IMG/VR virus record: IMGVR_UViG_3300036820_000024
Coordinates: 1-54,369 of that record
Origin: a virus
Taxonomy: Duplodnaviria > Caudoviricetes
DNA length: 54,369 bases
Direction: 5' to 3' (one strand)
Part shown: one piece after another, positions 28,144-37,971 of the stretch
Position numbering within the stretch: the stretch's first letter is position 1
How the letters are laid out: the number at the start of each line of letters is the position of its first letter
The notes under the pieces: model-generated
The model's database searches: none
What the model was told of the DNA's origin: nothing
The model's input: the letters and a program-made list of their open reading frames with translations, nothing else
Position numbers and translations under genes: made by a program

Positions 28144-28994
28144 ATGGAAAAAGCAACAAAAATGTACGCGGATATGAGCCGCGAAGACCGCGAGAAAATG
28201 ATGGCGGCGCAATGTTACAAAGTCGTAACCCAGGACTTCAGCCGTACCCTTAGCGAGACGACCTGGACGCCGAAAAAAGCGGATACACTCAAAACGCTAT
28301 AAGTCTCGAGGGCCTTAAGGGCGAATTAAAAGAGATAACAGCCAGGTATAAGGGTCAAATTAAGGGTATCGAGACCGTGATGGTTGAGGCCTTAAAGGTT
28401 ATATCAAGCGGCAAACGCAAGGTAAACGGAAAGTTATTTTTGTTTCCCGATCACCAAAGCGGGCGAATGAGATTTTTTGACGTTTGGGGCGAACTTATCG
28501 AAACCAGGCCGTTAACCATTGACGAAAAGCAAACAAAACTTTTCCTGGGGGAGGACGGCATTAATAAACATCAAACCTCTAACGAGGAGGCGGGCGTCGT
28601 TGACGTTGAGCACGTCGAAATTAACGACGCGACCGAAACCCAGGCCCTCGAGGAAAATACCGAACAGCAACCCGTAAAGCCGCGTAAAGCCAGCCGTAAG
28701 AAAAACCAGGACAAAGCCCAGGCAGGAGAGGATATCAACGAAAAGGTTGCCGCTATGACTAAGGGCCAAAAGGGCCGAAAAGCGGCGTTTCAAACCGCCG
28801 TCGAAAAGCAAGCCGCTCCCCAGGCAGAAGGTAGTGATCACGCCGAAGGATTTACCGAGGGGCCGCAAGCTATGGAAATCCATATAGAAGAAGCCGAAAT
28901 TGAGCAAACCCAGGGACAGATCCCCCGCGAGGAAACCAAAATTGACCCGTCACAAGTGCCTCCCCTGGACGAGGGCGACGAATTGCCCGAGTAA
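28144..28994 (+). pseudogene. Frameshifted gene (single -1 break near 28255-28280)
   Basis: ORF from ATG 28144 stops at about 28300, while the -1 frame is open from about 28255 into ORF 28377..28994. Confidence 0.6.
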
Positions 28995-29461
28995 TGATTA
29001 AAGCAACGAGTAAGCCCAAAAGAGGGGCACAATTTAAAGTTAAGGCGACCGGCGCAATCGTTTGGCTCGACCGTATCCAGGAAAACGGTAACTATTTTTG
29101 TAGAACGACTCCCCCGGAACAAATCGACCCGGAATACGAGGTATTTAAACCGTCGGGCCTAACGCCTCACTTTAAAGCAAACGCCCCGATCAAATCAAAG
29201 TCCGACAAGCGCCGGGCTGACGAGCGGGTTTACTCTACGTTGCGAAAAGTGTTTTTAGAAAGTCACCCGTATTGCCAGGCCGGGCTGCAGGGTTGCCGAG
29301 GACGTAGTACCGAGGTACACCACAAGGCCGGGCGTACGGGCGACTTATATTTAAATGTTAAATTTTGGCTGGCATGTTGTCGCCATTGTCACGACTGGAT
29401 AGGCTTACACCCTACCGAGGCAATCGCAAAAGGCCTATCTATACCCAGCACGACCGTATGA
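28994..29461 (+). CDS. HNH endonuclease
   Basis: FL..HPYC....C...STEVHH..GR...L.CC..CH.WI. Confidence 0.8.
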   Translation: MIKATSKPKRGAQFKVKATGAIVWLDRIQENGNYFCRTTPPEQIDPEYEVFKPSGLTPHFKANAPIKSKSDKRRADERVYSTLRKVFLESHPYCQAGLQGCRGRSTEVHHKAGRTGDLYLNVKFWLACCRHCHDWIGLHPTEAIAKGLSIPSTTV

Positions 29462-29700
29462 TCAAAAGAACCCCCGAGGAAAAGGCCGAAAACCTTATAA
29501 ATTACTTTGCCGGTAAAACTTACCCCGGACAAATCAGGTTAAACGCTCACGCCGTCATTAATGACGCCAACCGAATGATTGCGACTAATGCGGAGCGGTT
29601 GCGGGCCAATAAATACCCGTCCGAACCCTTTAAGGCGGCATATTATAGCCTTTACGAACTTAAACAATATTTGGAAAATGAAATCAAAAACAAACTTTGA
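29458..29700 (+). CDS. Hypothetical protein (DUF6965-like)
   Basis: L..YF....P..IRLN...I.D pattern. Confidence 0.55.
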   Translation: MIKRTPEEKAENLINYFAGKTYPGQIRLNAHAVINDANRMIATNAERLRANKYPSEPFKAAYYSLYELKQYLENEIKNKL

Positions 29701-30154
29701 GTACAACTCCGTGCCGTGTTGGGACGGGGTGCCTATCGATTGCCGTGTCGTTGAGATCACGATGGCGGACGAAAAACAATTTAAATGGTATTGGGGTCGC
29801 CCGTATGTTGGACAGCAACGGCAAGCCCTGGAAATAACGACGCCTCGAGGCTCTAAATTTTACATTGATAACCAGGACGGCGGCGGTATCTTTAAGGTTA
29901 TCAACGGCGGCGGTATGCGGCTCGGACACCGGGGATTAATCCCCGAGCCTGGCACCGACATAATAGAGCTGGCCCCCGAATATGTGATTTATCCCGATTA
30001 TGATTTGAGCATTAAAATACAAGCCCAAATTGAGGAGGACGGCAATTTATTATGGGGACATTTGCCCGAGTATGCCGATATGTTAGTGCGGGCGGCGGCG
30101 TTGAGGAAGCAAATACAGGAGGGCACATTTATGAAAGGACTAAAACGAACATGA
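29678..30154 (+). CDS. Hypothetical protein
   Basis: WDG.P..CR.V...W....VG..R.ALE...FYIDN.DG.G..KV..GG. Confidence 0.65.
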   Translation: MKSKTNFEYNSVPCWDGVPIDCRVVEITMADEKQFKWYWGRPYVGQQRQALEITTPRGSKFYIDNQDGGGIFKVINGGGMRLGHRGLIPEPGTDIIELAPEYVIYPDYDLSIKIQAQIEEDGNLLWGHLPEYADMLVRAAALRKQIQEGTFMKGLKRT

Positions 30155-30600
30155 ACGCGATTGCTCAAATTACTGCCAGTACGGGCGATTGCGACGTTTT
30201 GGTAGACCAGGGAATTACCCCCAGGGCTTTTTTTTGGCACCTTAAAGAGGGGCAAATTTGGGACGTGTGGGAAATGGAGGACCCTGTTTATAAAAAAAAT
30301 CATTGCGTACCCGCCTGGACAAAAGAGGAGTTAGACGTGATGCTGGGCGGCGACGTCGGGCACCCGATCTTGCCCGAGAAAATCAATACAAAAGTTGAGA
30401 CGGTCGAAAAAAAAGTAGTTTACGCGTATGAGTATGTATTTTGGGACATTAAAAGCATGTACACGTTCAAGCCAACCAAAACGAGAATTAACCCCGGCGC
30501 TCACGCCTCGGCGACCATTTTAAAACGTGCCCTGGCTGAAGGATGGATTACCGCCGACGAGGCAAACGACCGTTATAACCAATTTTTCAAACCCTTATGA
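30151..30600 (+). CDS. Hypothetical protein
   Basis: ATGA-coupled; PAWT..EL..ML. Confidence 0.65.
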   Translation: MNAIAQITASTGDCDVLVDQGITPRAFFWHLKEGQIWDVWEMEDPVYKKNHCVPAWTKEELDVMLGGDVGHPILPEKINTKVETVEKKVVYAYEYVFWDIKSMYTFKPTKTRINPGAHASATILKRALAEGWITADEANDRYNQFFKPL

Positions 30601-30902
30601 GCACAAAGAAAAACCCGCACAAGATCGTACCATTTGTTTTAAAACGTCAATGGTTTGATATGATTGCAGCCGGTATTAAGCCCGAGGAGTACCGGGAAAT
30701 TACGCCCTATTGGGCCGTTCGTCTCGAGCCGTTGTTTACGCAACCGCCCGAGTTTTTGCGCTTTTACCTGGGTTACCAGGCAAACCGCCCAATGGTGCAA
30801 AAACAGTTTATAGGCATTGAGAAACGTACCGGCAACCCGCAATGGGGCGCGGTTCCTGATAAAATTTATTACGTCATTATTTTTAAAGATTATGGAAAAT
30901 AG
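30597..30902 (+). CDS. ASCH/PUA-like domain protein
   Basis: LK.QWFDMI..G.K.EEYRE..PYW..RL...F..GY. Confidence 0.8.
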   Translation: MSTKKNPHKIVPFVLKRQWFDMIAAGIKPEEYREITPYWAVRLEPLFTQPPEFLRFYLGYQANRPMVQKQFIGIEKRTGNPQWGAVPDKIYYVIIFKDYGK

Positions 30903-31845
30903 CAACATAGGGTGGACACATAACACCTTAAATTTTTGGATTGGCTGCGAGAAAGTTAGCCCAGGTTGTAAACATTGTTACGCCGAGGCTGACCAGGCGA
31001 CCAGGCGCGGGCGCGTCGTGTGGGGAAAACACGGGACGCGCTCGGTAACGAGTTACAGTAATTGGCGGCAATTGCTACGCTGGGATCGCGAGGCCGCGAT
31101 CACGGGTAAAAAGATTTTGGTTTTTGCGCAATCCCTTGCGGATACTTTCGAGGACTTCAGCGGGCCGGTTATCAATGCTAAAAAACAACGCCTTTATTGG
31201 CCTGACTTTGGCAGCTATGACGTTGACGGCTTCCCGGTTTTTGATAACGCCGTTACGATCAAAGAGACAGACCAACCGTTAACGCTCGAGATAATGCGGG
31301 CCGAAATGTTTAAAATTATTGATCGTACGCCAAACCTAATTTATCAGATGTTAACGAAGCGCCCGGAAAATATGCAAAAAATGGCTCCGGACAATTGGGT
31401 CGACGGCTGGCCGTCCAACGTTTGGGCCGGAACCTCAACGGAAAACCAGGAGGAATATACCAGGCGCGTAAAGCACTTGTTAAAGGTTCCGGCACATAAA
31501 CACTTCATAAGCGCCGAGCCGCTTTTATCAAACATTGAATTAGCCGATAGTTATACCAAATGGTTACCCAAAATAGAGGACGCCGACGGACATACGCCCA
31601 TTTGTATCTCGAGTTATTGGGGCGTCGGTTTAGATTGGGTTATAGTGGGCGGCGAAAGCGGAAGCAAGGGCCGCGCTATGCAAAAGGCCTGGGCTATGAA
31701 CATACAGCGGCAATGTAAAAAATACGACGTTCCGTTTTTCTTTAAACAATGGGGAGAGCACGACGAGGCCGGGGTGGCGGTCGGTAAGAAAAACAGCGGC
31801 GAACTTTTGGACGGAGTGGAAATAAAACAATTTCCTGTTTTTTGA
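30892..31845 (+). CDS. DUF5131 (phage Gp37/Gp68) radical-SAM-like protein
   Basis: S.I.WT..T.N.W.GC.KVSPGC.HCYAE; LTKRPE; SAEPLL; WVIVGGESG; FFFKQWG. Confidence 0.9.
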   Translation: MENSNIGWTHNTLNFWIGCEKVSPGCKHCYAEADQATRRGRVVWGKHGTRSVTSYSNWRQLLRWDREAAITGKKILVFAQSLADTFEDFSGPVINAKKQRLYWPDFGSYDVDGFPVFDNAVTIKETDQPLTLEIMRAEMFKIIDRTPNLIYQMLTKRPENMQKMAPDNWVDGWPSNVWAGTSTENQEEYTRRVKHLLKVPAHKHFISAEPLLSNIELADSYTKWLPKIEDADGHTPICISSYWGVGLDWVIVGGESGSKGRAMQKAWAMNIQRQCKKYDVPFFFKQWGEHDEAGVAVGKKNSGELLDGVEIKQFPVF

Positions 31846-31858
31846 TTGCATATATAAT

Positions 31859-31891
31859 TTATTTTAAACATATTTGAAACTTATATCAAAC
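31859..31891 (-). promoter_or_regulatory. Operator family B array, inverted orientation
   Basis: TTATTTTAAAC at 31859-31869 is the reverse complement of GTTTAAAATAA; further boxes 11 and 22 bp away. Confidence 0.55.
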
Positions 31892-31895
31892 GTTA

Positions 31896-32153
31896 ATGAA
31901 AAGATCAATTAATTTGCCCGAGGGCCTTTTTTTAATATTGCTCTATTTGAGGTTATCCAACCAGCAACATTATAGCTGGCTGATTGTATTTTGTCCGCTC
32001 ATTTATGACGGGTTGCTGGGGTTGACAAAGGTTGTTTTAATACAGCTGGGTAAAAGCCAAACGTTTGAGGCCTGGGCGGTTAAACTGTTCGTTAAGATTC
32101 ATTATTTCTTTGCGCTGCGTAAAATCAAAAAAGATTTTAAAGTAAAAAAATGA
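31896..32153 (+). CDS. Small membrane protein
   Basis: LFLILL.L.L.....SWLIVF.PL. Confidence 0.65.
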   Translation: MKRSINLPEGLFLILLYLRLSNQQHYSWLIVFCPLIYDGLLGLTKVVLIQLGKSQTFEAWAVKLFVKIHYFFALRKIKKDFKVKK

Positions 32154-32836
32154 GCGAGTTAACGATCAATACCATTGACCAGGCTGATTGCCTGGACGGG
32201 CTTAAGCACATAAAAACAGGGTCGGTAAAGTTAATTATTGCCGACCCCCCGTACTTCATAGGTATGACACACAACGGCAAGCGCGGGTCGTTCGTTGACC
32301 TGGCAATTTGCAAGCCGTTTTTTAGGCTATTGTTTACGGAGTTTAAACGTATCCTGGCTAAGGACGGGGAATGTTACTTTTTTTGTGATTGGCGCTCCTA
32401 TGCGTTTTATTATCCCATATTCGACGGTATCATCACGGGCGGCGCTCGTAATTTGATCGTATGGGATAAAATCAGCGGGGCCGGTAACTTTTACACCTTT
32501 AACCACGAATTAATGATTTATGGCAGCGTTCGCAATGACGTTGCCAAAAAGGGCTCCAATATTTGGCGCTCGAAATCGTTTGCCTCGGGGGCCAAAGTCA
32601 CCAACGGCCAAAAGGTACACGACACACAAAAAACCTTTGAGATAATCGAAAAGATTATAACGGATAGTAGCCAGCCGGGCGACCTCGTCGTTGACCCCTT
32701 TAGCGGCTCCGGAACGGTTTTTATTTCCTGCCAAAAGTTGGGGCGCGGTTGTATCGCGTTTGAACTGGACGAGGATAATTTTAAGGTTGGGAACGACCGC
32801 GCTAACGCGTCGGTACAATCAAAAATTATCTTATGA
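32150..32836 (+). CDS. N6-A/N4-C DNA methyltransferase (beta class)
   Basis: IADPPY, H.TQK, VDPFSGSGT. Confidence 0.9.
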   Translation: MSELTINTIDQADCLDGLKHIKTGSVKLIIADPPYFIGMTHNGKRGSFVDLAICKPFFRLLFTEFKRILAKDGECYFFCDWRSYAFYYPIFDGIITGGARNLIVWDKISGAGNFYTFNHELMIYGSVRNDVAKKGSNIWRSKSFASGAKVTNGQKVHDTQKTFEIIEKIITDSSQPGDLVVDPFSGSGTVFISCQKLGRGCIAFELDEDNFKVGNDRANASVQSKIIL

Positions 32837-33168
32837 TACCGACGCCCCAATATATCTACACCGCAAAGCAAAGCAGCGGCGGCGCTGATGCAACGCTGCC
32901 AGTAACTAAGTACGAACCCCGTAAACATTTACGTTTCGGGTTTTTTGTTGCCGGTAAGGTTTATATATGCCGCAATGAAAGCGGGCGCATATTCGCGTCC
33001 GGGTTTTTTAAGATCAAAACGACCAACCAGGTACATAACGTAACCGTTAGCCGCCTTAAAAAGTTATCAAAACAGCCCGGTTATTTCGAGTTTGAGATCA
33101 CGAAGGAACTGGCAAAAAAGTACCTGGTTTACGCTTATACGCTACAAACAAAAACAAAATCATACTAA
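32833..33168 (+). CDS. Hypothetical protein
   Basis: ATGA-coupled ORF. Confidence 0.6.
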   Translation: MIPTPQYIYTAKQSSGGADATLPVTKYEPRKHLRFGFFVAGKVYICRNESGRIFASGFFKIKTTNQVHNVTVSRLKKLSKQPGYFEFEITKELAKKYLVYAYTLQTKTKSY

Positions 33169-33169
33169 A

Positions 33170-33586
33170 ATGAAAATCGTTTACATTGCTCACCCGATTA
33201 GCGGAGACGTTAACGGAAATTTGGAAAAAATCCGTTTGATCGTTCGCGCCGTAAATTTGACGTTTCCCGACGTCGTGCCCTTTGTGCCGTATTATGCCGA
33301 TTGCCTGGCATTGGACGACGGCAATACGGACGAACGCGCCCGAGGTATCAGGAACGACCGAGAGTTTTTTTTACAGGGTATCATTAACGAGGTTTGGTTA
33401 TTTGGCCCGACCATTAGCGGCGGTATGCATGCCGAGGTCGCCCTGGCAAACTCGTTAAATACCCCGGTGTATGCCATTGCCAAAAGCATACAAAACGAGG
33501 TAAGGCAAACGGCGGTTAACGGCGTAAGTCTCCCGAGTAAATTTAATCTGCCAGCCGCTTTTTTAACCAAAATCGCAAATCTGTAA
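33170..33586 (+). CDS. DUF4406-like nucleoside 2-deoxyribosyltransferase-fold protein
   Basis: VYIAHPISG...N; EVWLFG..IS.GM.AE...A. Confidence 0.75.
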   Translation: MKIVYIAHPISGDVNGNLEKIRLIVRAVNLTFPDVVPFVPYYADCLALDDGNTDERARGIRNDREFFLQGIINEVWLFGPTISGGMHAEVALANSLNTPVYAIAKSIQNEVRQTAVNGVSLPSKFNLPAAFLTKIANL

Positions 33587-33590
33587 CAGT

Positions 33591-33884
33591 ATGGCAACCT
33601 TTACAGACCGCAAACGGATTGTTTCGGACGATGCAACCGAATTGCACAATTTTGCAAAACTCATTAAGTTGACGCCCCCGACCGGCAAATATTTAAACGG
33701 CATTTGGTACGATCTGCCAGCCAGGTTATTGCAGCCAGCCATTGATCACGGAGCCAAAATGGTAAGTGAGGCCGAGTTAAACCGAAAAATTGAGGACTTG
33801 CGCCGGTACCGCTTGCTGCATTTGCACCATACCCATATCGTACATGAACATTTTGGCCTTTATGGCTGCGAACACCCCGCATAA
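33591..33884 (+). CDS. DUF4031-like protein
   Basis: VSD...ELH.FA..I.L...YDL......AI..GA..V. Confidence 0.6.
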   Translation: MATFTDRKRIVSDDATELHNFAKLIKLTPPTGKYLNGIWYDLPARLLQPAIDHGAKMVSEAELNRKIEDLRRYRLLHLHHTHIVHEHFGLYGCEHPA

Positions 33885-34576
33885 TGAATACCTTTTTAAA
33901 CGACGACGTTAATAACCATTTGCCGAATTACCCCAATAATTATTTTGATTTTGGGGTTTTCGACGGCCCGTACGCTATTGGGGAGGACGGCACAAAGAAC
34001 GACACGCGCGGGCTTTTGGCTAAGGTTACGAACTATAAACACCGAGGTTGGGATGATCAGCCGCCGAGCCTCGAGACCTTCGCCGAAATAACGCGCGTTT
34101 GCCGTACCTGGTTGATCTTTGGCGCGAATTACTACCAACCGTTGGGCATACCGTTTAAAACGCCCAGGCGTGAGCAATTCGAGGCCTGGAGGCAAAATAA
34201 CCCTTACGGTTGGATTGCCTGGGATAAGGATAACGGCAAAACCGACTTTAACGACTTTGAGTTGGCGTTATCAAACCTAACGTTTCCAACCCAGCGCGTA
34301 AAATTCAAATGGCAGGGTATGCTCCAGGGGGACATGAAAAACAAGCAAAAACGGATACACGCGACCGAGAAACCAATACCATTATACAGCTGGATTTTTA
34401 GGAATTTCACGACCCCAGGTATGCGGGTAATTGATGGTTACCTGGGGAGCGGCGCTTCAGCCATTGCGGCACACTATGCGGGCCTCGAGTTTACGGGTAT
34501 CGAAAAACACCCAGGCATTTTTAAAGATTGCATGAAACGATACAACACGATCACAAAACAGACAAAATTATTATGA
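33884..34576 (+). CDS. N6-A/N4-C DNA methyltransferase (beta class, DGPY variant)
   Basis: FDGPY, IFGANYY, WDK.N, IH.TEKP..LY.W, DGYLGSG. Confidence 0.85.
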   Translation: MNTFLNDDVNNHLPNYPNNYFDFGVFDGPYAIGEDGTKNDTRGLLAKVTNYKHRGWDDQPPSLETFAEITRVCRTWLIFGANYYQPLGIPFKTPRREQFEAWRQNNPYGWIAWDKDNGKTDFNDFELALSNLTFPTQRVKFKWQGMLQGDMKNKQKRIHATEKPIPLYSWIFRNFTTPGMRVIDGYLGSGASAIAAHYAGLEFTGIEKHPGIFKDCMKRYNTITKQTKLL

Positions 34577-35409
34577 GTAGAAACGAGGATAAAAGCGTCG
34601 TAACGCGTCCAGTCGTGAGGTATCACGGGGGTAAATACATTTTAGCGCCCTGGATAATTTCGACCTTTCCCGAGCACAAAGGATATACCGAGGTTTTCGG
34701 CGGCGGCGGCTCGGTATTGTTGAAAAAACGCCGGTCGTACTTTGAGGTTTATAATGACCTGGACGGCGAAATAGTTAATATTTTCCGTATGGTACGCGAC
34801 CGGGGCGACGAGTTAATAGCCCTGTTAGAGCTGACGCCATTTAGCCGCGAGGAACTTAATTTATCGTATGAGCCGAGCCTCGACCCCCTGGAATGGGCGC
34901 GCCGGTCAATATTCCGGAGTATGGCTGGGTTTGGCAGCGCCGCCGCTACCGGACAAAAAACCGGCTTCCGGGCAAATTCCAACCGGTCGGGAACTACACC
35001 GGCGTTGGACTGGAGAAATTTCCCGGGCGCAATTCCTGCCATAATCGAGCGGTTGCGGGGCGTCATAATCGAAAACAAAGATTATTACGAGATACTTAAA
35101 CAGCACGACGCCCCCAAAGTTTTACATTATCTCGACCCGCCGTATATGCCGGAAACCCGCAATAAGAAATGGGCCGAAAAGTCATACCGGCACGAATTAA
35201 CCCCCGATCAACACGGGTTATTTTTGACCAGGGCGCAAAGCCTGGAGGGTTATGCCATTATTTCGGGATACGATACCGAACTATATAACGACACTCTTAA
35301 GGGTTGGCACAAGATCACGCGCGCGGCGCTGGCAGATGGTGCCCGCAAACGTACGGAGGTACTTTGGTTAAGCCCTAACACACCAATTGCAAACCAACTA
35401 TTTCAATAA
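34573..35409 (+). CDS. Dam-like (D12 class) DNA adenine methyltransferase
   Basis: RYHGGK, EVFGGGGSV, YNDLD, YLDPPY. Confidence 0.92.
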   Translation: MSRNEDKSVVTRPVVRYHGGKYILAPWIISTFPEHKGYTEVFGGGGSVLLKKRRSYFEVYNDLDGEIVNIFRMVRDRGDELIALLELTPFSREELNLSYEPSLDPLEWARRSIFRSMAGFGSAAATGQKTGFRANSNRSGTTPALDWRNFPGAIPAIIERLRGVIIENKDYYEILKQHDAPKVLHYLDPPYMPETRNKKWAEKSYRHELTPDQHGLFLTRAQSLEGYAIISGYDTELYNDTLKGWHKITRAALADGARKRTEVLWLSPNTPIANQLFQ

Positions 35410-35618
35410 TGATAAAAGGCCCCAAAAACAAGTATTTGCGCCGCGTTTGGTTCATGTACAAAAACCTGAAGTTTGATATTTTCGGGTTTACCGGTCGCGA
35501 AATAATCGCTATCCAGGAACAAATCATAAAGGACAGGGAGGCGGCAATCTGCGAGTTATCCCAGGAAAACGCCGAGTTAAGGCAACAAATTTTCGATTAC
35601 GAACATGAACAATATTAA
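35409..35618 (+). CDS. Hypothetical protein
   Basis: TAATG-coupled ORF. Confidence 0.6.
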   Translation: MIKGPKNKYLRRVWFMYKNLKFDIFGFTGREIIAIQEQIIKDREAAICELSQENAELRQQIFDYEHEQY

Positions 35619-35629
35619 ACCTTAAAACT

Positions 35630-35881
35630 ATGCCAAAAATTACCGCGCCCGATTGGGCACCCGACTCCGACAATACCAAAAAGTACAACAAGTATGCACC
35701 TTACGACGCCGCGATCGACGATAGTACCGTTATGGTTTTCGGCAAATACAAGGGGTTAAAAATGGTTGATGTACCGGCAAGTTATTTATTTTGGTATGCT
35801 GAACAATCAACCAACGTAAAAAATTACTGGCTGATGCAATACATTTTTGAAAACTTCGAAGTACTTAAAAAAGAGAAATAA
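35630..35881 (+). CDS. DUF3820-like protein
   Basis: MVFGKYKG..M.DVPASYL.W. Confidence 0.75.
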   Translation: MPKITAPDWAPDSDNTKKYNKYAPYDAAIDDSTVMVFGKYKGLKMVDVPASYLFWYAEQSTNVKNYWLMQYIFENFEVLKKEK

Positions 35882-35883
35882 CC

Positions 35884-36141
35884 ATGTATAGACACACAAA
35901 GGAAAGCATACGGCCCGAAATATTTAGCGCCGTGAGGGAGGCAATGTTCGACACCGATACCAATAGCCAGCCGATTATCCAGGAAATTGAAAACATAACA
36001 ACGAAAGTTATCGACCGGCTCGAGTGCCTGGGATTGATACCAGCGTTAAAGTTTAAAGCGGATGCGTTGCCCGAGTTAAAGGGTTCACCAAAAACCCCGC
36101 TCGAGATTGAACTCGACGCGGCCATGAAAAAAGATTTTTAA
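35884..36141 (+). CDS. Hypothetical protein
   Basis: Packed ORF. Confidence 0.6.
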   Translation: MYRHTKESIRPEIFSAVREAMFDTDTNSQPIIQEIENITTKVIDRLECLGLIPALKFKADALPELKGSPKTPLEIELDAAMKKDF

Positions 36142-36162
36142 CAAAAACAATAAATAATCATT

Positions 36163-37803
36163 ATGAAAACAAACGACACGATCAAGCTAAGGCAGCTAAT
36201 CGAACAATTAAACAGTATTAACCATTTAAAAAACCAAATTCCAGTCCAGGAATTTACAGAGCGGGCATTAATGAAATTGCACGACATAGAAAACCGGCCC
36301 GTTGATGCTTTACACGACATTGACGCCCTGGCAGCAATCGGCATACACATAAGCAATAAAGCTATTGGGCCGGTCGTGATGCCCGATTATAGCCGCAAGC
36401 TGGGGGAGGAAAGTAAAGAACTATTAGCAGCCATTGCCGGGGGTAACCTGGTTGAGATCACGGACGAAATCGCCGACGTCCTGTTTGTCCTTAGCAAAAT
36501 AGCCGGGTACTATAATCTGCCATTGTACGGGCTTTTACACGCTGCCATTAACAAGACGTTTAACCGTATGGCTAACGCTGAATTTAAGCGCCGCCCGCAA
36601 GATACAACCCAAATGACTCCAGGCGGGGATATCAATACAGCGCCCGCAAGCCGGGGAGGCGGTAAATCGTTCCACGTGGAACAATCGGACAAAAAATTAT
36701 TTACCGTAAGTGTTGGAACGCCCGAGTATGATTTATTAAAGCAATTGGAAGAAGCTGGCAACATTGGTAAAGTTGTCGAGTTGGACGAGGTTGTTAAAAC
36801 GCTCGATTGCAACCATTGTGTTTTTATAAGCGGTGTAATACGAAAAGGTGGAGACGGAAAAACACGGCGAAATGTCACAATTTCCACCGCTGGGGTTTGT
36901 GTACTGGCTGAAGCCGAGCAACGAGGCGCGGCTGCAGGAACTAAGATAAACCCCGTTTTAGACGAGGATGTGCCGGTCGGAAAATGGTTTGAAGAGCGAA
37001 CCGTCCTCCATATTGTCCAGGCCTTTTGTATGGAGAAAATGGATTGCCAAACCCCGGAAATTTTAAAGAGTAATTTATGTGCCTGGTTTTACCCCAACCG
37101 CTGGGAAAGTTTAATACACGTAAGCCATAGAGACGCATACGACGGCAAGCCGTCATTTTTGGACGATCTGACGGACGCCATTAACCGGCATAACCTGGAA
37201 AGCGGCAACGACACCCCGGACTTCATGTTGGCGCAATACCTGGCTAATTGCCTGGACAATTATACCGAGATTGTAAACAACCGCGATCAATGGGAAGCCG
37301 TCGGCGCAAAATCGGGCGAAAGCACACGGTTAAACGGGGTAACGTCCGAGCCTTTCCCGGCATGGTTCCCAACGTTGCTGGCGTTAATACTCGAGATCGA
37401 AAAGGATTATAACGACGATCACACCGAGACGCTGGGAAAGCTGGGTTATCTATACCGGCAAAACGGCGGCTTATTCGTAACGGAGCGAGGCCGCGCCGTA
37501 TTTGAGTACATAGACAGCATACGCCCAAAGAACGACGCCCAGGGCAAAGCGGCGGCGGCATTGATCGAAAAAACATATTTCGGCCCGCGATCACACCCAA
37601 AACTCGGGACTGATAACGTTTTCCACGAACCGATAGACCCGGGCGCGTTGTCATTGTTGCAAGCGCTCAACCGCGAACCGTTGGACTATACGGGCGGTAA
37701 AGCAATTGCAAATCTTTTAAGCATGGGATTTGCCGACATAAAAGAAAAAACCGCATACATTACGCATACAGGTCGAAATTTTTTGGCCGAAAACCATAAA
37801 TAG
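36163..37803 (+). CDS. Multidomain protein with a MazG-like NTP pyrophosphatase domain
   Basis: KLGEESKEL..A......I.DEIADV. Confidence 0.75.
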   Translation: MKTNDTIKLRQLIEQLNSINHLKNQIPVQEFTERALMKLHDIENRPVDALHDIDALAAIGIHISNKAIGPVVMPDYSRKLGEESKELLAAIAGGNLVEITDEIADVLFVLSKIAGYYNLPLYGLLHAAINKTFNRMANAEFKRRPQDTTQMTPGGDINTAPASRGGGKSFHVEQSDKKLFTVSVGTPEYDLLKQLEEAGNIGKVVELDEVVKTLDCNHCVFISGVIRKGGDGKTRRNVTISTAGVCVLAEAEQRGAAAGTKINPVLDEDVPVGKWFEERTVLHIVQAFCMEKMDCQTPEILKSNLCAWFYPNRWESLIHVSHRDAYDGKPSFLDDLTDAINRHNLESGNDTPDFMLAQYLANCLDNYTEIVNNRDQWEAVGAKSGESTRLNGVTSEPFPAWFPTLLALILEIEKDYNDDHTETLGKLGYLYRQNGGLFVTERGRAVFEYIDSIRPKNDAQGKAAAALIEKTYFGPRSHPKLGTDNVFHEPIDPGALSLLQALNREPLDYTGGKAIANLLSMGFADIKEKTAYITHTGRNFLAENHK

Positions 37804-37830
37804 CTGGCAAGATCATACCGCGAAGCGTGA

Positions 37831-37878
37831 CAAAAACCGCCCGAAACGTACAATTTCGCGGCGGTTTTGTTTTTTTTT
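37831..37878 (+). terminator. Hairpin/terminator before the small terminase gene
   Basis: AAAACCGCC...GGCGGTTTT followed by a T run. Confidence 0.6.
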
Positions 37879-37971
37879 ACCACTTTGCGATCTCGACGTG
37901 CTTTTTTTTATCCGGTTCAAATCCCTATTTTTATAACGTTTTTCAAACGCAAATGAAAGATAAGCAATTTT

